DNA of 64,000 bases from the NCBI GenBank assembly GCA_002633005.1, contig NMRA01000091.1, positions 541,267-605,266 on the forward strand, read 5' to 3'. The DNA is from Phoronis australis (lineage: Eukaryota; Animalia; Phoronida). Shown piece by piece: positions 25,101-34,499 of this stretch. Within the stretch, counting starts at the first letter, position 1. Every line of letters begins with the position of its first letter. The notes beneath the pieces are model-generated. The model saw only the letters and a list, made by a program, of their open reading frames with translations, did no database searches and was not told the origin of the DNA. The position numbers and the translations under genes are program-made.

Positions 25101-28100
25101 TCAGACTTGTCGATACAGCCCTACATAATCTTAATTTTACACTTGTGCGCACATGCAGTATCGTTCTACCAAGAATGTCATTTCAAAACTATTTTCGGGA
25201 TCTTATCGCTTCAAATGGCTACACTACTTGCTTTTTGCGTGCTTAGAAGGTTGAAATGTGCTGGCAACGCGTTAGGTCTATCACGAAACAATTTGCGTCA
25301 GGTTGTGTTATTCAAAAAGTGATTGTCTGGCGTCTCATGTTACATGGAGCCAAATACTGACTGTGCTGGTTTCTTCTTTGAGAACAGGAAAACAGTTTCT
25401 TTTGCAACTCCAGAATGCTTATCTCAGCACGTTGAAGTCCTTATAGTGTTTTCTTCTGATAATCTGGCTCCAATCGTTTTCTCACAGGTGGATTGTCGTG
25501 TGAGGAATTCTCCACAAAACAAGTAGACGTACTGAAGGAAATATGCTCTTTGACAATATTCAAACCAATTTTTGTCTTTAAATCTTCCACTGTGTTCTAC
25601 CACCAGTCCATTGGTCTTTTTATAAGCCACATACTTATCGTTTGAAAAATATCCCTAAGAGCAAACCTGCGTGACCCGACTGAGATACCATGTGAACAAC
25701 CTAGTTTCAAGACAACTGAAACAGAATTGCCTGTAGGCTACTTGTTCTTTTGTTTTCTTTTTTTTTGCAAAAGTTGCCTGTGTCGTTTCTTCGCTTGGAA
25801 TTGCATAGAGCTTTGAACGCACAAATAATCTTGTTCTTTTCCCCGTGGGGAAGCGAAATTTACATTCAAATCCTTTATTATATTTATTTGTATTTGCTTA
25901 CGGATGTAAAAGAGAGGTGTTAGTAAGCCGCGAAAAGCGAAGACTGGAATGCTCAGTGAAACATACCAGTTGGGCTACCTCATTGACAACGAATACGCTT
26001 TGCCCTTCTTCCTGTTGATGACGAAATCCCCTCTGAAATGACGAGATCGCAAGAGTGAATAGACTCGTTGGCCAGCGAAGGTACTGACAAGCCATGCTCT
26101 TTTCTGGGCTGGCGAGGTGACGGAGAAATCCAACACCTTGAATATTCGCCTCACCGCCTCGCGAGACAAAATCGTTAGTGGTCAGTTGCAGGTGAGGTGC
26201 ATAGCGACTGAGCTAGTCTTCACCATAGCAACTACCGCGATACTCTGGACTGCATTCCATGACACTAGCTCTTTTGCAAGTTTGGAGAGATCAGGCAAGT
26301 CTCAGCGAGATAACACCATGCGTGATGCGTTATAATTGGAATACGTGATGTTGTAGGTTTCACCATATATCAAATACTTACTTACTTACTCGTATGTATT
26401 TAACCTATGGTGTCACTCGCGATTTGTGTTACCCTTGAATGCACTCTGGCTCGCGAATAGTCTTTCTCGGTGTATCAGGTCACGTGCCCCAAGAAGTCAA
26501 CCGTTTACGAGAAGCACTTTACTAACGTCGTCAAACTCTGTAACCTTCCAAAACGTCAGCATTTTCATCTCCTTGTCGGCGCCCACAATAAACTGATTCA
26601 CAAATCCCGAAACTGCAAATTGTTGGGGTCGGGGCGCCTTGTACTACCTTCACGGCCGCTTCATGTGGCCCAGCTTCAAGAGCCCTCAGTGGCGTCTGTA
26701 ACAAAAATTACCTCAGTCCCAGCTCCACCTATTTCAGCACCCATGCGCTATGGTGGAGCATATCAATGTTTTGAATGACTGTTTTTGGATTTTTAAAGAT
26801 TTTATTATTTTCTTGCCATAGGCCACTTCTTCCCTTGACACGAAAACTGAGCGCAACATACAGGCAGCTTTATCCAAAGTGTGTGAGAACAGAACGTCTA
26901 TCATTGTGGCTCACAGACTATCAACTATCATTAACGCCGACCAGATACTGGTGATGAAGGAAGGGTCCATTGTGGAACGGGGAACGTGAGTTTGATTTAT
27001 AAATGGCAACTATTCAAATATCAATGGCGCACAGTACCACAGTGAACAGAGACACATCCAACCTATTATTATATTCGCCCATTTCTATTTCGTGTTATCT
27101 ACGTTTCCTCTTCGAAATTCGCATAGCGCTTGAGGAGGTAGAAAAAACGCATTTCCCGCCCTGTCTTTTCTCACAGAATTTTAGGCAATCGAAATTGAGC
27201 TTAAGAAACATGCATACATCGATTTGCCTCAGCAGTTGCCGTTCACATCTACAGCTGCCTTTCACTGCACCCAGTGGATGCGACGACTTTCTTATGATTT
27301 AAAGTGTCAATAGAACCACCTTCCGTAACACTAAGCAAATTTTTTATTTAGACCATTTACCGTTATGAAATTGGTACCAAACTGTCACTTAGTCAACATG
27401 GATGTTATTTCTGGGCGTGACAGTTCGTTATTCTTTGAGACCAGGGTTGAGTTGGGTACACCCAAGAATCTTGTGATGTGTGTTCGCGTGCTTACCTGGT
27501 AACGCATGGGAATGCACTTGCACGGTCCTTTTTCGGGAGTGTATTGCTTTTAGGAAACGAGGACACGAGGGTTAGAAGTTGACTTGTCACCTGTGCTGTA
27601 ACAGAGCGTAAGCACTAGTAGGCGCAGCCAACCACCTTTTTGCTTTTCAACGTAGCGCCTAAACACCGCAAGTTACGGTATATAGCGGGGCGTAAGCGCA
27701 TCTTTTTATATTTTATCTTAGCAACCACCTTTTTTGATTTAAATGTAGTGTCTAGGCGCCGTAGTTCAAAATACTTTTTTGAAAATGGGTACCCGAAATT
27801 CTAGAGGCTCTGGGCGAGGGCAAATACTTTTAACTATCTGGGTAAAAAATCACCAAAACACCGTTCTCTTAAAGGGTTATTTTAGATTGGCAACAATCAC
27901 GTAGAACACAGCTGTTTGACTAGGAGAGCTATTATCTCGACTATATAGCCTGCATCAAAGTTCACTGAAAGGGGAATAATGAGATTGTTTTTCTACCTTC
28001 AGGCATGAAGAGCTGTTGCAGAGTGGAGGCGAGTATTTCAGCATGTGGGAACAACAGATGGTAAAGTCGGATGACGAAGAAAGTGGCTCGTGGGGCTCAA

Positions 28101-28171
28101 GTTGTAGAGAAAAGAGCCTAGAACTTGAAGATGCAGGGAAAACAGAACAGAATAAAGAAACAAGCATTTAA
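3625..28171 (+). CDS. ABCB6: ABCB6/HMT-1 half ABC transporter, 18 coding exons, joined CDS 2616 nt (about 871 aa)
   Basis: Exons 3625-4121, 7377-7533, 8640-8832, 9355-9477, 10721-10823, 11112-11201, 12846-12967, 13217-13326, 14025-14191, 15601-15720, 16371-16434, 17162-17247, 19527-19689, 22391-22464, 24172-24272, 24627-24739, 26822-26985, 28003-28171. All introns are GT-AG and the phases add up to one open frame. TMD0 (CPPN..W..NGLTHCF), [16 protein letters not shown], Walker [11 protein letters not shown]-loop VVPQD, signature LSGGEKQR, Walker B IVLMDE, D-loop SSLD, H-loop VAHRLST. Confidence 0.96.
4590..6600 (+). mobile_element. Decayed Ty3/Gypsy LTR retrotransposon (pol 3' part, integrase, PPT, start of 3' LTR) in ABCB6 intron 1
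   Basis: Frameshifted integrase zinc finger (HRAHQG...WPG...CPKC), core IVGQDIF and FDSDQGTQY, then RDTP...[11 protein letters not shown]. Purine tract AAGAGAGGA is followed by TGTCAC at 6272. Boundaries approximate. Confidence 0.82.
7377..7533 (+). CDS. ABCB6: ABCB6 exon 2
   Basis: ttgcag| [30 protein letters not shown]...QDQ |gtaaaa. Confidence 0.88.
8640..8832 (+). CDS. ABCB6: ABCB6 exon 3
   Basis: ttttag| [14 protein letters not shown]...[16 protein letters not shown]...VPVYYKNI |gtttgt. Confidence 0.9.
9355..9477 (+). CDS. ABCB6: ABCB6 exon 4
   Basis: tttcag| VDSLSN...[15 protein letters not shown] |gtaggt. Confidence 0.9.
9923..10400. other. Assembly gap (N run) in ABCB6 intron 4
   Basis: N run; the left flank ends in a G-rich family A MITE start. 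No exon is needed to keep the frame. Confidence 0.99.
10721..10823 (+). CDS. ABCB6: ABCB6 exon 5
   Basis: ttgcag| [34 protein letters not shown] |gtgagt. Confidence 0.95.
11112..11201 (+). CDS. ABCB6: ABCB6 exon 6
   Basis: tgctag| [29 protein letters not shown] |gtaatc. Confidence 0.95.
11725..12750 (+). mobile_element. Helentron-type non-autonomous element (HINE) with degenerate ~125-bp tandem array, in ABCB6 intron 6
   Basis: 5' TCCATCCGTC microsatellite, then recurring units TGTATCT...TGAAATT.GG...GGAT.GAC...GCGCC.CCTAGTGGC; homologous to 32764-33746. Confidence 0.65.
12846..12967 (+). CDS. ABCB6: ABCB6 exon 7
   Basis: tttcag| [40 protein letters not shown] |gtaagt. Confidence 0.95.
13217..13326 (+). 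CDS. ABCB6: ABCB6 exon 8
   Basis: ttgcag| [36 protein letters not shown] |gtaagt. Confidence 0.95.
14025..14191 (+). CDS. ABCB6: ABCB6 exon 9
   Basis: ttacag| [14 protein letters not shown]...[10 protein letters not shown] |gtgagt. Confidence 0.95.
15601..15720 (+). CDS. ABCB6: ABCB6 exon 10
   Basis: tttcag| YVLSGE...[26 protein letters not shown] |gtataa. Confidence 0.95.
15894..16192 (-). mobile_element. MITE family A, copy 3
   Basis: TIR CATGCACGCACCCAG / CTGGGTGCGTGCATG; TSD TCAAG (15889-15893 / 16193-16197). Confidence 0.9.
16371..16434 (+). CDS. ABCB6: ABCB6 exon 11
   Basis: tttcag| [21 protein letters not shown] |gtttgt. Confidence 0.95.
17162..17247 (+). CDS. ABCB6: ABCB6 exon 12
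   Basis: tgacag| [28 protein letters not shown] |gtgagt. Confidence 0.94.
17710..17970 (+). mobile_element. MITE family A, copy 4
   Basis: CATGGGCGCACCC ... GGGTGCGCGCATG with the shared core; TSD not recognisable. Confidence 0.85.
19527..19689 (+). CDS. ABCB6: ABCB6 exon 13 (Walker A), copy 1
   Basis: ttgcag| [39 protein letters not shown]...QDISK |gtgggt. Confidence 0.93.
19727..20220. mobile_element. Family B element end plus internal sequence (duplicated at about 20779-21270)
   Basis: Starts TTGACCTATCGCCAGGA; homologous to 42444-42620; right boundary uncertain. Confidence 0.55.
20579..20741 (+). CDS. ABCB6: ABCB6 exon 13, second copy (probably the other haplotype; assembly redundancy)
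   Basis: Same 163-nt exon with only synonymous differences (GGA/GGC, CTC/CTG). It lies in a ~1.05-kb duplicated block joined at a single N (20501). Confidence 0.6.
21763..22190 (+). mobile_element. tRNA-derived SINE heads (two + copies and an inverted partial copy) in ABCB6 intron 13
   Basis: A-box-like AGTGGTGAGA, anticodon-like stem-loop CTAGA-CCGGCAA-TCTAG, B-box GGTTCGATTC, shared tail TGATTTTTCTGTGTTTATTTGAT. Confidence 0.7.
22391..22464 (+). CDS. ABCB6: ABCB6 exon 14 (Q-loop)
   Basis: ttacag| [24 protein letters not shown] |gtagtg. Confidence 0.95.
22575..22626 (-). mobile_element. tRNA-derived SINE fragment
   Basis: GTCCCGGGTTCGAGCCCTGGTTGGGCCA T-arm/B-box; 5' half missing. Confidence 0.45.
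24172..24272 (+). CDS. ABCB6: ABCB6 exon 15
   Basis: taacag| [33 protein letters not shown] |gttagt. Confidence 0.95.
24627..24739 (+). CDS. ABCB6: ABCB6 exon 16 (ABC signature, Walker B)
   Basis: ctttag| [37 protein letters not shown] |gtatac. Confidence 0.96.
26822..26985 (+). CDS. ABCB6: ABCB6 exon 17
   Basis: ccatag| [17 protein letters not shown]...[26 protein letters not shown] |gtgagt. Confidence 0.96.
28003..28171 (+). CDS. ABCB6: ABCB6 exon 18 (last coding exon)
   Basis: cttcag| [18 protein letters not shown]...TSI* TAA 28169-28171. Confidence 0.93.
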
Positions 28172-28201
28172 GTGCTGTTTTGAACGCGCATGCAATCTAG
28201 G

Positions 28202-28207
28202 AATAAA
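28202..28207 (+). promoter_or_regulatory. Candidate polyadenylation signal of ABCB6
   Basis: AATAAA 30 nt after the stop; a second one at 28425-28430. Confidence 0.3.
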
Positions 28208-28806
28208 CGGGAACCTTACGGGATCAAGACGTGACGCATGACAGTAACAGACTGTAACGCAGCAGTAGTGTCAGAATAAGTGGATGACTGTACTGTTCAT
28301 ATTGGTCTCATAGATATGTAGAAGTCGTTTCAGGTGCAGCAAGAGGAACGTGGCATGAGTCAATTTGCTGACTTTTGTGAAGCTGTCGTCCCGGCTTGTT
28401 TTCTTAGGATAAGTGGTGGCTATGAAATAAACTAGATTTTCTAAGGCAGTCTTTGTGTTATTTCCTGATATTCAGTGTGCAAATGCGTAAAGGTACATTT
28501 TCCCCGTTTGACTGACTTAATCCGCGTCGTTAAGCAGCGACCATGACACATTCTGATCGTCTGCCAGTTATGAGGGAGATTAGCCCTGAGATAATGGTCG
28601 ATCTAACATTTGAAGAAAAAGAACTAACGTTTCTGTTGCAAGTTTAAACATGTTTTAAATGCCTTTGCCATCAGCTTCTAAATTCATTTCTCTCAATTGA
28701 GAAAAAGTCATAAAGTTTTGTACAATAATTATAATACTACTTGCCCAAGAAATCTCAAGGCCGTTTGCCATGATGTAATACGAACATCGGACGAAAACTA
28801 CGGCAC

Positions 28807-29034
28807 CATGTGCACACCCAGACTAAAATATACGGGGGGGGTCTCGTTTTCAGTATATGGACCTTTTACTGAAAAAAAACGGGGACTTAAAAATCGAGGT
28901 ACTACTTTCAGACCTTTAAATTTTGCATTTGCGCCGAATTCCTGTCGGCTTTTGTCTCGTTTTCTCGGACTTTTTGTTTCTCTGAGGTGGACGTTATTGC
29001 CCACTTTTCCCGAGCCCCCCTGGGTGCGCGCATG
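28807..29034 (-). mobile_element. MITE family A, copy 5
   Basis: TIRs and core; flanks GGCAC / GGTAT (decayed 5-bp TSD). Confidence 0.85.
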
Positions 29035-29849
29035 GGTATGTTGTGCAAACTTCAATGGTCGGACGCCGGCCTATTACAATGAATCGGAAAACAAAATAAT
29101 GATACTCTGACCGGGCCGTTAATAGAATATTTTTTCAGGTATTTATTATCATTTATAAACAAGAACAAAAAACAAACTAACAAATAAGTACGTCCATTCA
29201 TTCACGTATGCACACAGGAGAGATCATTCTCGTATCTCGTATAAAGTAAACAACTTCTACATGGAGTTTACGTGAACAATGAAATTTTCCCATTCGAAGA
29301 GAAGCTGTCATATACAAAATTTTTATATGCAATTAATTTTCAGCATTATAGTACTCATAAATATATGTAACAAACTTGTGAAAATTAAGTATATTTTTGT
29401 GACATCTTTCCTTGTAAATGTACTGGCTAGTAGAAGCAAAATGTTTANATTATTTTTTTGAAGTACGACCACCAGCCATTTTGAATTTAAATCAAACGCA
29501 ACCACCCATAAATTTTTATTTCAGTTGCCTTCCGCCCCTCCCACACAGATTTAGCTGGAACAGCCCTAAGTACGTCCATTCATTCACGCATTCACACCTC
29601 AGGAGAGATCATTCTTCGTATCTCGTATAAAGTAAACAACTTCTACATGGAGTTTACGTGAACAATGAAATTTTCCCATTCGAAGAGAAGCTGTCATATA
29701 CAAAATTTTTATATGCAATTAATTTTCAGCATTATAGTACTCATAAATATATGTAACAAACTTGTGAAAATTAAGTATATTTTTGTGACATCTTTCCTTG
29801 TAAATGTACTGGCTAGTAGAAGCAAAATGTTTAATAGAAAATCGTGTGT

Positions 29850-32300
29850 CTCATAAAGTCCAAGAATAACACGTTTGTAAAAGAGACTGTTGGAACGCTG
29901 AATGAGACACTTTTGAAGTAGCTTTCCGAATTCCTTACAGAAATCTTGTACAAGGCTACATTCCCAAAAAAGGTGTTACATCGTCTCTTGAGCTTTATTA
30001 CAAAAGGAACATAATCAATTAGAATCCCGAACACCGATTTTGACCAAAAAGGTATTTGTTGCAATAATCCTGTGTAGTATTCTAAATTGAAACCATCTAA
30101 TTTTAGGACCCTTTATAATTTCATAAGGCAATGCGTATATTTTCTTCAAATCTAAAATATCTCCTAACTCTATTTCCCATTTACACTCTTAACGTCATTA
30201 AAGACTGAACAAATATTTCTAAAGCCCTTCAAATCTTTCCGTAAGCGAGTAATTGCTAAAGGCATGCAAGGAGAGTAGACATTGACACTTTTAAATTTAC
30301 TTCGAAATAGATTTTTTTTGAAATCTTAGAAAAGAAACAACACCATTATATTCTACACAGTTGGTTCTTACATCTAACCCAACAAAAAACTAAATTTAGA
30401 GATAGCTAATGCTTTAATTACAGTCTCTCTACCAAACGGCGTTAAACTTCGTCGACTCTAACTTTTTAATAAAGACTTAATCTCAGTTATTCTTGCAGTG
30501 AAGTTCTTATGCGTCATACTATCCAAGTGTGTGTCAAAATCCACCTCCAAAATGTAAAAGATTTGTTATCCAACACAAACGTTCTTTTGTAAGAATCACG
30601 TCATCACTGCCATTTTTACTTCCAAACCTTATGTTTTGTTTTATCCACATTCACTTGGAGACCAGAGACACTAGCAAACAAATGAAGTACATGCAATGTG
30701 CTAGACAATGACAAATTCGACCCACCCAACGTAATTGATGTGTCGTCGCATATTGCGAAATCAAATATTCCTTATTTCCTGCAACTAAACCAGCAATATT
30801 TTTGTTATTCTTGACTAAATACTCCAAAATCTCGCAGAATGAGAATGTAGGGAGACAAAGGGTCACCTTGTCTGCAGCTACGTAAAATATTGAACCAGGA
30901 AGATGGGTGACCATTTACGACAACACAGGATTTAATATTACTGTAAAAGACTTTCACCCACTCTTTGATAGACCAACCAAAACTAAGGAAAGATAAAGTT
31001 TTTAAATAAAATTACGATAATGAATCAAATGCTTTCTCAAATCAATCAGTAAAAGCAATCCTGGTTTGTTAGCTGCCTGGGTATAGAACATTAAATCATA
31101 CACCACGCAGATATTTTCGTTCATATTTCTTCCAGAAACGAAACCTGCCTGGTCCTTACTGGTTAAGGTGTTTCCTCTATTAATTCATAGTTACACTCTA
31201 TTAATTTGTACACGAAGCTCTCAAGGGAAAAATAGTTCGTACACTAGAGAAAACACCGTCCCAAAGCGGATTTTAACCGTTCAGCCACAGTCAAAGAAGT
31301 CAATTTATATGTCACATTGAGTAAGGATATGGGTCTCCAGTTTTTCAAATCTGCTCCCTTAGGGATACAGGTAATCATTCCCTCTTTCTGTGTTGATGAT
31401 ATCTGGCCAACAGCAAATCCAGTATTAAGTGAGCGAACAACAAAATGTACAATATCAGCCCAAAAAATTTCAAAAATTCCACTGAAAAACCATCAGAGAC
31501 TGGGCTCTTGTTGTTTTTCATTTTTTTTTTCAAACATTACGTGACTTCTTCGTATGTAAGAAGACCTAATTTTTCTTTTTCTGTCTCATTCAGTTTGGAC
31601 ACACAACCTAATGAAGAAGAATTTCTAAAGCAGTATTGTTAGAATGTCTATATTTGTATAGGTTTTCATTAAAAGTTTTGGTTTCTTGAATAACCTCTTC
31701 TTCACTATTGGTTTTAGTATTGTCAGATTTCCACAAAAGGCATGAACTTACTTGTGTAATGCCTGTTTTCCAAGTGAAGAAAATATTTGGAAGGATTTTC
31801 ACCCTCTTCAATCCATCTTGTTCTCAACCTACTATCAACTGTCTGAATGTCGTCAGTCATATACTGTTGTTTAACTAGTTTGATTGTATCCTTGACTGCA
31901 GAAATATACTCAGTTTTTAAGAGGGAGTTATTAAACTTCCAAAGTGATTTCCTCCTCCTGGAAACATCACTTACAAAACCGTTACCATTGAATAATGGGA
32001 CGGGTAACCGAATTCTATTATGGAGTCGTCAATATCGGCTAAAAAGTTTTCAGAAATTAAAAAAAAATCTAGTCTGGATCGTTACTTCCAGATTAATCGA
32101 ACATTTTGGTTCTTGGTGTAGCCGGATGCAACTTCGAGAAGTTTCATCCTCTGTGATAGTCGAAGACCACACAAGAGCCCCATGCATGCACTCCGTCTAT
32201 GCGTTCCCGGTCATCAAAATGGTACCTAAATCATTCGGGCGATTGCTAATACTGTTAATGGGTCATTTTATGCAAGAAATATGTTAAAAATAATGATGTT
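29850..32300 (-). mobile_element. Decayed L1/Tx1-clade LINE (RT and C-terminal zinc finger; endonuclease largely absent)
   Basis: Frameshifted - strand peptides GMITCIPKG..LKNWRPISLLNVTYKL, QAGFVSGR, LLID-FEKAFDS, GDPLSPY, ISQYA-DDT, CSFCNKAQETM*HLFWEC. Confidence 0.85.
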
Positions 32301-32763
32301 CTTAATCGATTCTGAGTCTGGACTATTTAATCATGAATTTCATGTCTAAATTCCAATAAATGTAACACGTTCATTTGGATATTGAATGTAGTGTGCAGCC
32401 GGTGCAACAAACAACTAAAATTCCTATCGAGCCAAAAGTGGAAAAATGAAATCAACCGTATAATACCTGGTCTTTTTTCAAATTTTTGTTCAATGCGAGT
32501 CCCCTACTAAGTGCAAAATACAGTAAAATAATTTTATCAGGAACTCAAATGAATGCAGCTTATTGTTGTTTTATACTGCTGAGAAGAAAACATGTATTTA
32601 TTCCGTCAGACACCATCGAAAAGTTTAAGATTTTTCTCCAAATAAATGGAGTCATCAGTTTTTGATGAGTTAAAAATGACACATGCGGAGACCGGATAAA
32701 ATTAGATAAAATGATGCGCTTTTTAATGACTTATATTTTTTACCTAAACTGTTTTAATTGTTT

Positions 32764-33746
32764 CTATTTTTAAGCCGTCATCCCTGTCTGTCCATCCATT
32801 CGTCCGGCGTCTGGTGTCCGCTGCTATGTTTCTAAAACTCTTTGGTGTATGTTGATGAAATTTTACACATATGACTGTTCGTTTTATGGATGGGACAGCA
32901 CGACCGAACTTTAGAACTGATCCACTACCAGTGTTCCCCCTAATGGCAATTATAGATTTTCACGTTTACCACTGTATTTTCAAAGGTCCTCAACGGATTT
33001 TATGAAATTAGGCAAATAGGCATCTATTAGTGAGATGATGCTACCCTTTTGTTTTCGGATGGATTTGATGTATTTTTCTCCACCTGGTGGCCATTCTTAC
33101 TATTTTTTGTCTGTTTTGGGCATCCAGTCTTCTATCAACCAAACCACTCTCAAGATGATTGTGAAAATTGGCACATACCATTCCTAACTGTGAGGAGGAC
33201 GGCACACGATTATTTTCCGACGACTGCGGCGCCTCCTAGTGAGTGTTTTTTTTGCTTCCATGGCTATATATACTAAACCTCTGCAAGTGCATTTATGAGT
33301 TGACTTGACAGCGGGCAATGACGACATTTGGATGGATCCGACTGTTTTTTCGGTGTCCTGTGTATCTTTGAAACTCCTTAACACATTTTTCTGAAATTTC
33401 ATAAATAGGTGTCAACTAAAGAATCGGCAGCAACTTTCTTTTTATGATGGATTTGACGTATTCTGCACCAATTTAAGGCCATTTTAATTATTTCCGTCCG
33501 TTTTTTGTCGATCCAACTACTACTATGGTTCTACGGTTGCGTTTGTATCTCTTGAGTTCTTTGACGCATATTCAGGAAAGTTGGCAAATAGTTTTGAGAG
33601 ACGACGGCACTTTCCCACTTTAGGATGGGTTCAATGTATTTTGTTACATTTGATGGCCATTTTTATGATACAAATATGTACCCCTAGAAGCACACCGTTT
33701 GCGGTGCAGACGTGGGCGCATTTTAACGCTCCGCATTCCTCTCGTT
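32764..33746 (+). mobile_element. Helentron-type non-autonomous element (HINE) with degenerate tandem array
   Basis: T-rich 5' end, (GTCY)n microsatellite, the same ~125-bp units as 11725-12750, 3' hairpin CACCG-TTTG-CGGTG and terminal GCATTCCTCTCGTT. Confidence 0.7.
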
Positions 33747-33900
33747 AATGATATTAAGAAGACAAAGACGACCGATATACTATAACAGAAAGGAATTGAG
33801 TAATCTGTTAATATCGGTGCCATTCAAAGTTTCCATGCAAATGGATATTATCTCGACTTAGTCGAGAGCTCATCCGACAAAGACTTCACGGGTCGGATCG

Positions 33901-34219
33901 TTAGGTTTCACAGGCTATACACTGATAAAGAAATACTAGAGAGGCGCCGTGAACATACACAGGAGACGGAACGTATGGATAATTCTTTGGTAAGCCGGAA
34001 TTCGTCAGAGAAATCACTGTCGACAAATGCCGGCCACAGACACGGAGATGTTTCACGGCCTCATACTTGCTATTAACAGCGCACTTTTCATTCTTCACTA
34101 CCGCGAGCCACTTCCTAAGCATTTTGGGCCTCGAGGAAGTCGAAAAAACGTTGTACCCACTTTCTTCACAGCTTCATAGTTCGGAAAAGCTGAAACGATG
34201 CACCGCAATATAACGGCAT
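33901..34219 (-). pseudogene. THAP (C2CH zinc finger) domain remnant, probably from a DNA transposon
   Basis: MPLYCGAS...FFRLP / MLRKWLAVVK...HLRVCGRHL with frameshifts; matches the THAP pattern C..FP..W..VC..H. Confidence 0.6.
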
Positions 34220-34499
34220 TCACTCTGCAGATGAACCGCTGACGTCGCTGCGTCATTTCTCCCTTCCTCACAAGTTAACGTGACACCTCTCGGCAAGCTG
34301 AGGTCGACCGTATAAGAGGCGATGTGGATATAGACCGATTAAGACGGTAAAAAAGACTAATTAAATCGGGTGGCATTCTCCTTTAATTATTTTTTTTTGA
34401 TTTATGTATTGATTGTGAGTGTGTCTGTGATTGTATTCCCGGTCCCACCGGCCCACCTTGTAAGTTCTTGTAATACTGTATGTGATCTCAAAATTTTGT

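Noticed and set aside
25900-26335. CpG-rich patch with a possible Gypsy gag-like peptide (RDKIVSG)
   Set aside because: The match is too short and no other motif supports it
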